Shown: positions 46,181 through 56,696 of the stretch, in pieces
Numbering within the stretch: the stretch's first letter is position 1
How the letters are laid out: every line of letters starts with the position of its first letter
DNA from: Patescibacteria group bacterium
GTDB taxonomy: Bacteria; Patescibacteriota; Microgenomatia; Levybacterales; UBA12049
Direction: 5' to 3'
Assembly: GCA_041743715.1 (NCBI GenBank)
Contig: JBGTMH010000080.1
Location: 8,529 to 72,528 of the forward strand
DNA: 64,000 nt
The notes under the pieces: generated by a model
The model's input: only the letters and a program-made list of their open reading frames with translations
The model's database searches: none
What the model was told of the DNA's origin: nothing
Program-made: the position numbers and the translations under genes

Positions 46181-49100
46181 TTACGGAGTAATTGTCCACG
46201 TTCCAAATGATTTGAATGGACTACATGCAGCTCCTCCTTGGACGTCAGCAGTCTTTTTTGGCCCTGTGCCGACTGTTGTCCCAAGAACAAGGTTGTCTTT
46301 GAGGTAGTATGTTTTCTCGTTAGTGTCGATAGTTGCTCCAAATTGGCTATTTGCTTGGCTATCGTTATACCAAAGTCTCGCAGTGCCAAGCGGACTCAAG
46401 GAGCCTGTACAGGCTGTCCGTGCTGAGAGTTTCATACGCAATTGTGATCCTTCCGAAAAATCAACTGGGGTGAATGTGTTAAAGGGAATAGTTGCCAATT
46501 TGGCGCTCCCAAACCCGCCGAACAAGTTTATCAAACCGGGATCAAAACGATTAAGTTGTCCTGAACTGATAAGCGTTGTATCTTTATAGACTTCAGCTTT
46601 CAAATCAAACTTAGCTCCTGACCCTAAAAGACCACCCAGTCCGACCCATACTTTTGCCGGCTTCAAGATATTCAGTTTGGGCGGCTGGATCTGCTCAACG
46701 ATCGCAAAAGGAGACAGAGTGGAAGTGGTGCCTGTTATCACATACGTATTGGTATCCGGATCAGTGACTGTACTTGACTCTGTAATATCCTCCCAAGCGG
46801 TGCCGTTATAATGGAGAAGCTTGAGATTTTGATTGGGATTTTGGCCAGTATACGTAATCGATATGGTAACTAGACCTGTATATGTTGCCGTTGTTGAAAT
46901 GTCATAAAAGGTATTCAATATCTTGTATTTTGAAAGTATAGGACCGCCTGAATTATTGCTTGAAGGCGTTATATAGACATACCCCCCTTCTGTCAGATTA
47001 CTGAAAGAAATGGTTGCATTGCCTATGGTTACTGGCCCCTGCCCCGGCTCAACAGGTGCATTACTTACAGTACTGCTGATGGTAAAGGTCTGGGTTTTAT
47101 GTGGTGTTTCTTCAAGTCCGGTATTATCAACTGACCAGTAGGTAATTGTATGTAGTCCTGCCCCGGGTACTTCAAACGGTCCTGAATAGGTTTGTTGGGT
47201 GTTTCCATCAATTTGATAATAGGTATTGGCAATGGTAAAACCAGGTGACGCTGATGCTGAGAGTGTAACATGCACAGGATCAGAATACTCGCCATTATCA
47301 AGTGCATTAGGTGCCAAGTTAGCTGTTGTCGTCGGTTGGTTATGTGGTGTAATGCCAAAATTTTGAGTTGTATCTGCACTTAGTGGAATTGTTGCAGGGT
47401 TTGTTGTTGTTGCTGCATATCCAGTGGGTATTATGAGTGTTTCTGTATATGAATCTGACTGTAAATTTGGGAAGGAATAATTACCATTTCCATCTGTTGT
47501 TGCCGTTTGGCCAGTGTTTAAGTTGAGTGTTGCATCTTCATAACCTGTTTCACCAGAATCTTTGACACCGTTTTGATTGCTATCTGTATACACATTGCCG
47601 TCAATGGTATATGTTGGGACTGGGGTTGGTGTCGGAGTGGGGGTATCTGTGGGTGTGGGAGTTGGTGTGTCGGTTGGAGTAGCTGTTGGCGTAGGGGTAG
47701 GAGTTTCTGTTGGCGCTACTGTTGGAGTTGGTGACGATGTCGGAGTTGGCGTTGCTACACCATAAAGCTCCGCTGATGACGCACCATTAGAAGAACCCCA
47801 AGCTGCTAGTACATTACCATTTGACAATAACACTGCTTCATGGAAACTGCGTCGTGAGTTCATAGAGGCTGTTGCAGTCCATGTATTACCTGAAGGATTA
47901 TATATTTCCGCAGAGGATAAAAGGTTGGAGCTATCGGAATCACGTCCTCCAGCTAAAAGAACAAGACCATTGGAAAGCAGTGTTTGGGTATGTAAGAACC
48001 GTACAGTGCTCATATTTCCTGCTGATGACCATGTGTTTGTACTCGGATCATATAGTTCAGCCGATGATAGCCTAGTGCCAGCCTGGAAATCAGTCCCACC
48101 CGCTATAAGTACTTTATCATTAGCAAGAAGAGTAGCTGTATGTTGCGTGCGTTGCGTAGCTAAAAAAGCAACTTGCGTCCATGCTCCAGTTGCTGGATCA
48201 TATATCTCGGGAGAAAATCCTCCTCCCACGACAAGCACTTTTCCATTTGCAAGAAGAGTAGCTGTAGGATTAGGATGAAATTTATTCATGGATCCCGTGG
48301 GAGACCATGTGGCTGTTGCAGGATCATATAACTCTGCTGAGGTGAAATTTGTTGCGCCATTATTTCCTCCCGTGACTAGTACCTTACCGGTGGCAAGTAA
48401 TGTAACAATAGGGTTATCACGTCCAGCACTCATAGATCCAGTGGGAGACCATATGCCAGTTGCTGGGTCATATAACTCTGCTGAAGCTAGCGCACTATTT
48501 GTTTGCGCGTCCTGACCACCAGCCACGAGTACTTTTCCATTAGCAAGTGTTACTATTTCCAAATTAAAACGCGCTCTATTCAATGAGCCTGTATTTGTCC
48601 ATGCTCCAGTTGCTGGATCATATATCTCTGCTGTTGAATTTCCTGCACCAAGTACTTTTCCGCTCTGTAATAATGCCATACCAATATGTTGATTATTCGA
48701 AGACCCTGTATACGTCCATGTAGGGGCGGCAGGAGTTGGGGTGGGTATTATTGTGGGTGATTCGGTAGGTGTTGGGGTCGTTTCAACTATTTTTGCGATG
48801 TAAGCATCAGAGCCACCATTGTCGGAGTACAAAGCATTAGCAATTGGGAAATCAGTGGAATGTGTAAATCCACCTACGTATACCTTACCGGCAGTGTCAC
48901 GCGCAATTGCTTCCCCATAATCATCTCCCCCGCCTCCAAGGTATGTAGAAAAGATAAGAGCACTTCCTGTGGGATTTAATTTGGTAACAAAAGCATCCTG
49001 GGTCGTTTCAGGTCCACCATTGGTTGCCTGGATTGCGTCCTGGACCGGAAAGTCTGTCGAATTCGTGGTTCCGACGACATAGGCGTTTCCAGAAGAATCA

Positions 49101-50893
49101 ATAATTATCTCATTCGCTATTACACCACCATTACCACCCAGAAAAGTTGAATAGGCAAGCGTAGATCCGCTTGCATCCAGTTTGGTGACATAGGCACCTC
49201 CCTGTGAAGACTGGAAAGCATTTGCTGTCACAGGAAAGTCAGATGAACCTGTAAATCCTGTAATAAATGCGTTGCCTGCGTTATTAACAGCTATATCGCG
49301 TGCACCTTCACTGCCGGAACCTCCAAGATACGTTGAGTAGGCTAAAGCTGACCCTGTTGTATTGAGTTTGAAGACAAACGCATTCGTGTTAAAAAAGGAG
49401 CCAGAACCTGTGTTCTCAGATTGGTACGCTGCTTCTAAAGGAAAATTTGTAGAGACTGTATCCCCGACAACATACACGTTCCCATTTGGATCTACTGCAT
49501 TGCTAAAGCTCCTATCTTGGCTATTACCACCCAGATATGTTGAATAGACGAGGGATGTGCCGGTGTTATCAAACTTCGTCACAAATACGTCAGACTCTTC
49601 CTTAATAGTTGCTTGATATGGATTCACTGTTGGAAAATTTGTAGAAAAGGTCTCGCCGCTAACGTAAACATTATTATCATTATCAACAGAGAGACCACCG
49701 CCATTTTCATTACCATTCCCTCCAAGATAGGTTGAATAAATAAGAGCAGATCCGCTCGCATTTAGCTTGGTCAGGAAAACATCTCCTGAACCACCTCCAT
49801 GGCTTGTTTGATACGCGTTGACGATCGGATAATTGGTAGAATAAGTCGTTCCGGAAATATATACATTTTCGTCCTCATCAAGCGCGATACCGTCGGCTGA
49901 ATCAAGGCTGGAACCTCCAAGATAGGTTGAATAAATAAGAGCAGATCCGTTTGCATTCAGTTTCGTTATAAATACTTCTTGTTGGCCATTATATGATTGT
50001 TGATAGGCAGATACTTTAGGGAAATCTGGAGAAGTTGTAAATCCTGTCATGTATACGTTTCCTTGGGAATCTGCGGTAATAGCAGTGCTAACATCACTCT
50101 GGTTTCCTCCAAGATAGGTAGAATACTCAAGAACAGGATCGATTACTAACGGTTGGGTTTTGTCATAGTTGCCAATTTCGAATGCTATGTGATTGTCTTT
50201 GACTGCATAGGCGCTTGCAATTTCTTTTTTGGTGCCATTTTTTTCTTGATAGGTGAACGGTTTGTGAAACTTCATTTCGCCTTTCCCGATCTGTATCACC
50301 AGCTCTCCTTTGTCATTAACCGTAATATCTTTTGCTCCTTGTAGGTCGAGTTGTACTTTCTTTGGATCGGCACCTGCGGCGACAATAAAGTCATATTCGA
50401 TTTGTCGCTGGTTGCCATAATAGACAAGATCGATTCCTGGATAGACATTGTTGTATTTTACTTTTGCGAAATGGGAGACATTTTCTTTCCACGCACTTTC
50501 ATCATTGCCGACAAAATAATTGCTTTTACCGGGAAGTTGCTCAAGCCCTTGAGCATCAGAGTCATTCGCTCCCAGGAGATTCATGCGAAGCACGTTTGGT
50601 TCTTTCTTCTCCGGATTATAAAACGAGAGAACAGCTCCTTGTGCGGTTAAGAAAAAACCATAGCCACTGCCGCGTGCGAGAAAATCAACCTGTGCGTCTG
50701 TTTGTCCAACATTTTTTTCAAAACTCAAAGGCAGCTTACCATAGGATTTATCAACTTGTGCTTTCACTTGTCCTGTCGTCTGTATGGGAGATGAAGAAAA
50801 TCCGAGGAACGCTGTGAGTAATAACACGACAGATACCATGAGGACAACTAGCGTCTTTCTTGAAAAAAAATGATCGAACTTCGATAACAGCAT
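46181..50893 (-). CDS. Giant secreted surface protein P5 (1570 aa): SBBP propeller + Kelch propeller + SdrD-B-like + chitobiase-like + conserved CTD
   Basis: Signal anchor followed by a ~250-aa N-terminal domain. At least 8 SBBP repeats (YSTYLGG....D.A.GIAVD..GN.YVTG.T.S.DFP). PT linker, then ~9 Kelch blades. A second PT linker (PTPTPTATPTDTPTPTPTDTPTPTPTPVPT), then an SdrD-B-like module. A chitobiase-like domain ~70% identical to that of P1. Finally the CTD. Confidence 0.85.
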   Translation of the reverse strand: MLLSKFDHFFSRKTLVVLMVSVVLLLTAFLGFSSSPIQTTGQVKAQVDKSYGKLPLSFEKNVGQTDAQVDFLARGSGYGFFLTAQGAVLSFYNPEKKEPNVLRMNLLGANDSDAQGLEQLPGKSNYFVGNDESAWKENVSHFAKVKYNNVYPGIDLVYYGNQRQIEYDFIVAAGADPKKVQLDLQGAKDITVNDKGELVIQIGKGEMKFHKPFTYQEKNGTKKEIASAYAVKDNHIAFEIGNYDKTQPLVIDPVLEYSTYLGGNQSDVSTAITADSQGNVYMTGFTTSPDFPKVSAYQQSYNGQQEVFITKLNANGSALIYSTYLGGSSLDSADGIALDEDENVYISGTTYSTNYPIVNAYQTSHGGGSGDVFLTKLNASGSALIYSTYLGGNGNENGGGLSVDNDNNVYVSGETFSTNFPTVNPYQATIKEESDVFVTKFDNTGTSLVYSTYLGGNSQDRSFSNAVDPNGNVYVVGDTVSTNFPLEAAYQSENTGSGSFFNTNAFVFKLNTTGSALAYSTYLGGSGSEGARDIAVNNAGNAFITGFTGSSDFPVTANAFQSSQGGAYVTKLDASGSTLAYSTFLGGNGGVIANEIIIDSSGNAYVVGTTNSTDFPVQDAIQATNGGPETTQDAFVTKLNPTGSALIFSTYLGGGGDDYGEAIARDTAGKVYVGGFTHSTDFPIANALYSDNGGSDAYIAKIVETTPTPTESPTIIPTPTPAAPTWTYTGSSNNQHIGMALLQSGKVLGAGNSTAEIYDPATGAWTNTGSLNRARFNLEIVTLANGKVLVAGGQDAQTNSALASAELYDPATGIWSPTGSMSAGRDNPIVTLLATGKVLVTGGNNGATNFTSAELYDPATATWSPTGSMNKFHPNPTATLLANGKVLVVGGGFSPEIYDPATGAWTQVAFLATQRTQHTATLLANDKVLIAGGTDFQAGTRLSSAELYDPSTNTWSSAGNMSTVRFLHTQTLLSNGLVLLAGGRDSDSSNLLSSAEIYNPSGNTWTATASMNSRRSFHEAVLLSNGNVLAAWGSSNGASSAELYGVATPTPTSSPTPTVAPTETPTPTPTATPTDTPTPTPTDTPTPTPTPVPTYTIDGNVYTDSNQNGVKDSGETGYEDATLNLNTGQTATTDGNGNYSFPNLQSDSYTETLIIPTGYAATTTNPATIPLSADTTQNFGITPHNQPTTTANLAPNALDNGEYSDPVHVTLSASASPGFTIANTYYQIDGNTQQTYSGPFEVPGAGLHTITYWSVDNTGLEETPHKTQTFTISSTVSNAPVEPGQGPVTIGNATISFSNLTEGGYVYITPSSNNSGGPILSKYKILNTFYDISTTATYTGLVTISITYTGQNPNQNLKLLHYNGTAWEDITESSTVTDPDTNTYVITGTTSTLSPFAIVEQIQPPKLNILKPAKVWVGLGGLLGSGAKFDLKAEVYKDTTLISSGQLNRFDPGLINLFGGFGSAKLATIPFNTFTPVDFSEGSQLRMKLSARTACTGSLSPLGTARLWYNDSQANSQFGATIDTNEKTYYLKDNLVLGTTVGTGPKKTADVQGGAACSPFKSFGTWTITP

Positions 50894-51001
50894 ATCTGTA
50901 GGAGTGATAATAGCACTAATAATTTCCTTGTCAATATATCAATTTTGGCCTCTTGCATTGCCAATCTCCTCAATTGTCCGCTTACTCACATCTGATAACT
51001 C

Positions 51002-51490
51002 TTAGTCGTTTGCATCGTAGTCTTTTTTGACAAACTCGTCATTGTGTTTGATCAGAAGCCACGAGTCTTTGGGTCCCCAGCCTTTGGTTTTTACCAAGGC
51101 AAATGATCCTTTCATTTTTTTCCCATGCAGCATGAATTTTATCTCTCCTTTTTTCATCCCCTCCTGCATCACCTTTTCTCCCTCTTTCCGATCGGTAATT
51201 TCTTTTCTGACACCTTTTGAAACTTCAATTTCCGGGATGTAATATCCCGCGTCCCAAATCATAACCGGTCCAGCACCATAGGAGCCTTCCGGGATAACGC
51301 CCTCGAAATGGCGGTAGTCCATGCTATGGTCGGTTGTCGGCATCGCAAGACGCTTGAGCGTATTATCTAGTGTCGGACCTTTTGCAATTGCCCAAGAAGC
51401 CATGACACCGTCTATTTGTAGCCGAAAATCATAATGCAAACTTGTAGCTTTATGTTTATGGATAACAAAAACGAGAGAATCCCGACTCAT
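51002..51490 (-). CDS. DNA ligase D 3'-phosphoesterase (PE) domain protein, standalone
   Basis: FVIHKHKATSLHYDFRLQIDGVMASWAIAKGPTLD...KRLAMPTTDHSMDYRHFEGVIPEGSYGAGPVMIWDAGYY matches the LigD-PE signature (VIQ.H.A..LHYDFRLE.dGvL.SWAvPKGPS...KRLAv..EDHP..Y..FEG.IP). Confidence 0.85.
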   Translation of the reverse strand: MSRDSLVFVIHKHKATSLHYDFRLQIDGVMASWAIAKGPTLDNTLKRLAMPTTDHSMDYRHFEGVIPEGSYGAGPVMIWDAGYYIPEIEVSKGVRKEITDRKEGEKVMQEGMKKGEIKFMLHGKKMKGSFALVKTKGWGPKDSWLLIKHNDEFVKKDYDAND

Positions 51491-51749
51491 ATACTTCTTT
51501 TACTACATTTGCCAACAAGTTGCAATCCATTTTAGCCATATCATTATGGGCTTGCATTATTATAAGTCTTATAGTATAATCGCCTTTATGCTTGATTACG
51601 AAGAATTATCAGATCAGGAAAAACACGTTGATTACCCTGAGGAATTCGTTGCAGAACTGCGAAAGGCATTTCATTCTGGCAATGAAGAAGATGCACTCAG
51701 CCGCGCTGAAGAGCAAGGGATAGACATCCGTGAAATCATCAACTAAACC

Positions 51750-52040
51750 CTAATGTTTCATCCCGATGTGATCAATCAGAGGAAAATGCACTTTTACTTC
51801 TGTTCGAAATTTATCAGCCAGGTTACTTGAGAATTTGCCGTATTTGCCTGACTCTGATTTGGAGCATAAACTATTTTCCCAGCGTTGAACAATGGGGATA
51901 ATTTCGAGACCTTTTTCATTAAATACCGCTTGCCATTTTTTAGGATCTTTCTCGTATTCATCATGAATTTTCTTGAAATTTTTGAAGAGTTCTTCATGGA
52001 CCGCGAGCATATCCTGGACTTGTTGTTTGTATTTGATCAT
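51750..52040 (-). CDS. Hypothetical protein (96 aa)
   Basis: Compact ORF filling the gap between flanking genes. Lys/Glu-rich with no recognisable motif. Confidence 0.35.
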   Translation of the reverse strand: MIKYKQQVQDMLAVHEELFKNFKKIHDEYEKDPKKWQAVFNEKGLEIIPIVQRWENSLCSKSESGKYGKFSSNLADKFRTEVKVHFPLIDHIGMKH

Positions 52041-52043
52041 ACC

Positions 52044-52400
52044 TTATTTAATTTTGAGGAGTTCTACATCAAAAATGAGTGTTGCAAAACCCGGGATATC
52101 GGGTTCGACACCATATTTACCATATCCCAACTCATGTGAAATTATCAAACGCCTCTTGCCGCCAACTTTCATACCGACAACTCCCATGTCCCAACCTTTG
52201 ATAACATATCCGACACCAATTGGCGTTTCAAAAGGCTGATCCCGGTCAACAGAACTATCAAACTTCTTACCAGTTTTTCCTGATCCCGGAGGTTCTTCAA
52301 GCCAACCGGTATAATGCATCACCACATGATCCCCGTCTTTCACAGCAGCACCTTCTCCAACTGCAATATCTTCAATTTTGATCTTCTTTGCGGCAGCCAT
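52044..52400 (-). CDS. FKBP-type peptidyl-prolyl cis-trans isomerase (cytoplasmic, 118 aa)
   Basis: FKBP core HYTGWLEEPPGSGKTGKKFDSSVDRDQPFETPIGVGYVIKGWDMGVVGMKVGGKRRLIISHELGYG...LIFDVELLKIK. Start set at the ATG giving MAAAKKIKIE; the track's 75-aa N-terminal extension is not FKBP-like. Confidence 0.85.
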   Translation of the reverse strand: MAAAKKIKIEDIAVGEGAAVKDGDHVVMHYTGWLEEPPGSGKTGKKFDSSVDRDQPFETPIGVGYVIKGWDMGVVGMKVGGKRRLIISHELGYGKYGVEPDIPGFATLIFDVELLKIK

Positions 52401-52625
52401 AAAATCTATTATAACAGGAAAATAGCTGAGATTTGTAAAAGATTGGTATGTTCTTTTTCGCAGCGACGAATGCCACCTTGAGTATATGTAACAGAAAGTG
52501 GCGCTAGTGCAATATCGAGTCTGTACTTTAACCAAACAACGGTGGGTCGCAAGAAAAAGGACATACCAATCTTTAGGGAACGCTAGAATTTTTAAACAGA
52601 ACCAACTATAATAGTATCTCAGCAT

Positions 52626-53453
52626 ATGCCACAGGATAAATACTCAGCTGTTTGGGTTTCAAACTCTTCCATAAGTGATTTCCTCCAATGTCCCCGCCTT
52701 TACTATCTACGAAACGTTTATAAAGATCCTCTGACCGGACATAAAGTAAATATCATAAGTCCCGCGCTTGCGCTTGGACAGACAGTCCATGAAGTTCTTG
52801 AAGCATTGTCGGTTCTGCCAGCAGAACAACGATTCGAAAAGTCGCTGCTTGATGCATATGAGCTCGCGTGGGAAAAAGTGAGCGGCAAACTCGGCGGCTT
52901 CAGTAATGACGAGCAAGAACAATCTGTCAAAGAACGCGGACGAACTATGCTCAAGCGAGTTATGGACAATCCTGGACCGCTCAGTAATAAAGCAATTAAA
53001 ATTAAAAAAGACCTGCCGAATTATTACCTCTCCGTTGAGGACAACATCATCCTCTGCGGAAAAATTGACTGGCTCGAATATCTGCCTGAGGATGATAGCC
53101 TCCATATCATTGATTTTAAAACAGGCAAAAATGACGAATCCGCTGCTTCATTGCAGCTACCGATCTATTGTCTCCTTGTCGCGAACTGTCAATCGAGAAA
53201 AGCGAGTCGTAGCAGTTACTGGTATCTGGAACGTGATAACACACCTCTGCAAATGACTCTCCCACCACTTGATGAAGCGTTTGAGATGGTGTTGGAAACT
53301 GCGAAAAAAGTCAAAAAAGCGAGACTCAAAGGTGAATATCTCTGCCGCAAAGGCGGCTGCTTTTCTTGCAAGCCTTTTGAGATGATTATCCAAGGAAATG
53401 CAGAATTTGTCGGAGTGGGAGGATATAAACAGGATTTGTATATTTTGAAATAG
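52626..53453 (+). CDS. Cas4-like / RecB-family PD-(D/E)xK nuclease with 4-Cys cluster (standalone)
   Basis: N-terminal Cys in SISDFLQCPRLYYL (a Cas4/DUF83 hallmark). Nuclease motif IIDFKTGK. C-terminal Cys triad CRKGGCFSCKP (C-x5-C-x2-C). No cas genes or CRISPR array in the window. Confidence 0.55.
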   Translation: MPQDKYSAVWVSNSSISDFLQCPRLYYLRNVYKDPLTGHKVNIISPALALGQTVHEVLEALSVLPAEQRFEKSLLDAYELAWEKVSGKLGGFSNDEQEQSVKERGRTMLKRVMDNPGPLSNKAIKIKKDLPNYYLSVEDNIILCGKIDWLEYLPEDDSLHIIDFKTGKNDESAASLQLPIYCLLVANCQSRKASRSSYWYLERDNTPLQMTLPPLDEAFEMVLETAKKVKKARLKGEYLCRKGGCFSCKPFEMIIQGNAEFVGVGGYKQDLYILK

Positions 53454-53564
53454 TGGTTAGTGGTTAGTGACTAGGAAAAATAAACGCAGTGGGTGGCGGG
53501 CGAAGGGGGAAGAGCCCGACAGGACCCACGTCAGGAATAATATCCAGGTTCTTAAAAACTTAAC

Positions 53565-54131
53565 TTAAGAAAAGAGGTTATTGAGGAGTTTTTGAAAGGA
53601 TTGCAGTTCTGTTTTTAGGAATGATGATAAAAATGCATCGTTATTTTTTAACCGTAGTTTTACTTCTTTTCGTACCTCCTGCGCTTTCTTTTTTACTTCC
53701 TCGGCTTTTTTCTGAGCATCTTCTACCTTTACAGCAATCGTTGGAGTAGGGGTAATCGTTGGTGTCACTTCATTTTCTTCTGCTTCAGCCTCCTTTGTGG
53801 GCTCAGGGATTATTGTCGTTGTACTCTCCGAGTTATTGATGCGAACCCGTGTGTTTCCGTCATCTGATTGCATATCGATATTCTCTTCCTTATCAGAATC
53901 GTAACACTCTTTCTTCCCATTACTTTCGATACAAACATGATTTTTAACCGTTGTTTTTGAGGTGCTTTCGGAATTGGAATTAACACTATTATTAATATTC
54001 ACTGAGGAAGATGAACCGCTGCCATTGCTTTCCACAATGACTTCATTTGTTACTTGCGCATAGGCTGACTGCGCAACGAACAAACCGAAGGAGAGGGCTA
54101 AAAGGACTGATAATTTGGCAGTGTGTTTCAT
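53565..54131 (-). CDS. Secreted Ser/Asn/Thr-rich protein with C-terminal coiled-coil (hypothetical)
   Basis: Signal peptide MKHTAKLSVLLALSFGLFVAQSAYA. Low-complexity S/N-rich region. C-terminal charged helical segment (AQKKAEEVKKKAQEVRKEVKLRLK). Confidence 0.45.
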   Translation of the reverse strand: MKHTAKLSVLLALSFGLFVAQSAYAQVTNEVIVESNGSGSSSSVNINNSVNSNSESTSKTTVKNHVCIESNGKKECYDSDKEENIDMQSDDGNTRVRINNSESTTTIIPEPTKEAEAEENEVTPTITPTPTIAVKVEDAQKKAEEVKKKAQEVRKEVKLRLKNNDAFLSSFLKTELQSFQKLLNNLFS

Positions 54132-54217
54132 AGAAACAGTGTCTTCCTACTATAGCAGAAAAATAAAATTTTGCAAATTTTCTGGTCTTTGCTATATAAT
54201 CAAAGTACCAACACGCT

Positions 54218-54409
54218 TTGACCATGAGTAATCATCCAAAACTATCCAACAGCAATCACTACTCAACAGAAAAATTTCCCGAGGTCATTGGATTTTGTGA
54301 TCGCGATGACAGTACGCATATCACCAACCAAGTAGAAGAAAGTTACGAATATACCCTCAATGGCAAAACTATCTATATCTTAAAAAAAATGCAGCTCAAT
54401 GGGAAATGA
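54218..54409 (+). CDS. Hypothetical small protein (63 aa)
   Basis: ORF only. Overlaps the next ORF by 4 nt (ATGA), suggesting translational coupling with 54406..54786. Confidence 0.25.
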   Translation: MTMSNHPKLSNSNHYSTEKFPEVIGFCDRDDSTHITNQVEESYEYTLNGKTIYILKKMQLNGK

Positions 54410-54786
54410 TGGAGATGGAAGAGAAAAAAGTGATCAGAGTCAGCACAGGACGCGGTTTGGGACTCGTATTGCTCCAGGGTCTTCGTTTCTCGCATGCAGA
54501 CCGGGACAAACAAGAGAATCGCGTCAACATTCTCTTCCCCGTGGTAACAGCTGATGCTGAAAAAGCACTCGCTCTCATGTATTACTATGGTGGCTATCCG
54601 GGAAACTTTTTGGAAATGACTCCTGAGCTTGCGCTTATCATCGAACGATTCGTTGATCCCAATACAACATTCCTTTCCTACTCCTATGTACCAGTAGGCT
54701 ATCTGGAATGGCTCAGAGATCAATTAAAAAATGCCGACCTCATCCAACAAGGTTCAACCAGAACGTTGTGGGTTTATAAGAAATAA
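54406..54786 (+). CDS. Hypothetical protein (126 aa)
   Basis: ORF with plausible codon usage and no recognisable motif. Confidence 0.35.
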   Translation: MMEMEEKKVIRVSTGRGLGLVLLQGLRFSHADRDKQENRVNILFPVVTADAEKALALMYYYGGYPGNFLEMTPELALIIERFVDPNTTFLSYSYVPVGYLEWLRDQLKNADLIQQGSTRTLWVYKK

Positions 54787-54883
54787 CACTCTGTATGTAA
54801 AATGAGAAGAGGAAATTTCACATAGTACTTCTGTAATAGAATTCATACTTCGAATTTCGAATTTAATAGGGTATAATACCTGA

Positions 54884-55489
54884 ATGGCACAAAGCACTCT
54901 CGATACAACATCAGGCCTCGAAGACCAAGCGCTACTGATTGCTGGTGAAATTTTCAATCTCATTAACCAATATACCAACGACAGTAACGTCTCAAAATTT
55001 TTCTTAATGGATGAAGTCGCCTCTGCCTGTTACAGCCTGGCAGCAGGATTTGCATCTGTCGTGTACACACCTGTACTTGAGCCGGAAGAAACGATTGACG
55101 CCCCACTGCTGTCTTTTCTGTACGCGCTTATGACGTATGGTTTTAACATTTATCTTAAAGAGCGATCATTCAGAACCAATGCCGCGCCATACTATATGCC
55201 AACTGATAAGAAAGAAATCAAAAAAGCGCAAAAAATTACCCTTGAACGCACAGGAAATGGGGATTTATTCTCAACGCGGCTTGCGGATAAAATTATCCAC
55301 ATTATCGTCGATAACATAGAACATCAGATGGATATGAAAGAATTCGCAACACCAAAGCACCGCTTCAACAAACGCAAATTTTGGGATTACACAAAGCTTT
55401 CCCTTTACTGGGGATATAATTTTGCAGGAACATTACTCGAACCGGTACCTCTCGTAAAGCCAATCAAAAAAGGGAAAACACTCCATTAA
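54884..55489 (+). CDS. Hypothetical protein (201 aa)
   Basis: ORF with no recognisable motif. Preceded by an AT-rich promoter-like region (gggtataatacctgaATG). Confidence 0.4.
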   Translation: MAQSTLDTTSGLEDQALLIAGEIFNLINQYTNDSNVSKFFLMDEVASACYSLAAGFASVVYTPVLEPEETIDAPLLSFLYALMTYGFNIYLKERSFRTNAAPYYMPTDKKEIKKAQKITLERTGNGDLFSTRLADKIIHIIVDNIEHQMDMKEFATPKHRFNKRKFWDYTKLSLYWGYNFAGTLLEPVPLVKPIKKGKTLH

Positions 55490-55549
55490 TCTAATTTCTA
55501 ATAAATAAATTTAAATACACAAAGATACTGGAAATGCTTACGGGGCTTA

Positions 55550-56668
55550 TTAAATATTCTTGACGACCTTCTCCCAGGGAAAACCTTCTCTTCCGAAATG
55601 CCCATACGCAGCAGTCTTGACGTAGATTGGACGCGCGAGATCAAGTGTTTCAATGATACTTCGCACTGAAGTGTCGATAAGTTTATCTTTAAAATCATGG
55701 AGTGCTTGTTCGCTGACTGTTGCAGTCCCAAATGTTTCAATCGTCTGCATAAGGGGGCGTGGTTGACCAATGACATAGGCAAGTCCTACTTCACATTTTT
55801 CGGCCAGTCCGGCTGCTACAATATTTTTCGCGATGTAGCGCGCAGCATACGCACCTGATCTATCAACTTTGCTTGGATCTTTCCCACTGAAACAACCACC
55901 ACCGACACGCGCATAGCCACCATATGTATCAACGACGATTTTGCGTCCAGTCAACCCCGCGTCTGATTCAGGTCCCGGAATATGCCACAATCCTGTACCA
56001 TTCACTGTAATATCTGTGTCGCTTGGGAGATCAAAATTGTACTGCTTGAGGACTGGAGCAAAGATAGCTCGAATGACATCAGCGCGTACTTTTTCCGCGT
56101 TTACTTTTTCATCATGCGCCACAGCTGCGACAAGCTTTTCTATACCCACAGGCTTACCATCTTCGTATCGTACTGTTACTTGTGTTTTTCCATCGGGTCT
56201 CAGCCACTTCAATTCCTGCTTTTCTCGTACTTCGTCAATCCGCTGCACAAGCGCGTGAGCCAGTCTAATCGGTAACGGCATCAACTCCGGCGTTTCAGTA
56301 CACGCGTAACCAAACATCATACCTTGATCACCAGCACCGTCCTGGTCAACACCCATTGCTATTTCAGGGGATTGCTCATGGACATCATTATTAAAAGAAG
56401 ATTCCTGACTAAAACCCCATGCAGGTTCGGTGTATCCCAATCGCTCGACAATATCACGTGCAACTTTTTCGTAATCAATTTTGGCTCTCGTCTTGATTTC
56501 ACCGAACAAACAAATCTGATTTGCGCCAGCTACTGTCTCGATTGCAGTACGTGAATGGGGTTCTTGCGCAAAAACAGCGTCAACAATAGCATCGCTGATC
56601 TGGTCAGCAATTTTATCAGGATGACCCGCGCAAACTGATTCTGATGTAAAAAGTGTTGTTTTGCTCAT
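55550..56668 (-). CDS. metK: S-adenosylmethionine synthetase
   Basis: FTSESVCAGHPDKIADQISDA, GAGDQGMMFGYA and GGGCFSGKDPSKVDRSGAYAARY are hallmark MetK motifs. 372 aa. Confidence 0.95.
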   Translation of the reverse strand: MSKTTLFTSESVCAGHPDKIADQISDAIVDAVFAQEPHSRTAIETVAGANQICLFGEIKTRAKIDYEKVARDIVERLGYTEPAWGFSQESSFNNDVHEQSPEIAMGVDQDGAGDQGMMFGYACTETPELMPLPIRLAHALVQRIDEVREKQELKWLRPDGKTQVTVRYEDGKPVGIEKLVAAVAHDEKVNAEKVRADVIRAIFAPVLKQYNFDLPSDTDITVNGTGLWHIPGPESDAGLTGRKIVVDTYGGYARVGGGCFSGKDPSKVDRSGAYAARYIAKNIVAAGLAEKCEVGLAYVIGQPRPLMQTIETFGTATVSEQALHDFKDKLIDTSVRSIIETLDLARPIYVKTAAYGHFGREGFPWEKVVKNI

Positions 56669-56696
56669 AAAAAAACTCTCACAAATGAGGAGAGTC
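56669..56696 (-). terminator. Intrinsic terminator hairpin of the metK leader (riboswitch expression platform), immediately 5' of the metK start codon
   Basis: The minus strand reads gaCTCTCctcatttgtGAGAGtUUUUUUU-ATG: a 5-6-bp stem with a 9-nt loop, followed by a 7-U tract, ending 1 nt before the metK ATG. Confidence 0.55.

Noticed and set aside
51546-51746. 66-aa ORF between the LigD-PE gene and 51750..52040
   Set aside because: It is short with no motif or RBS evidence. It may be real but cannot be supported from sequence alone.
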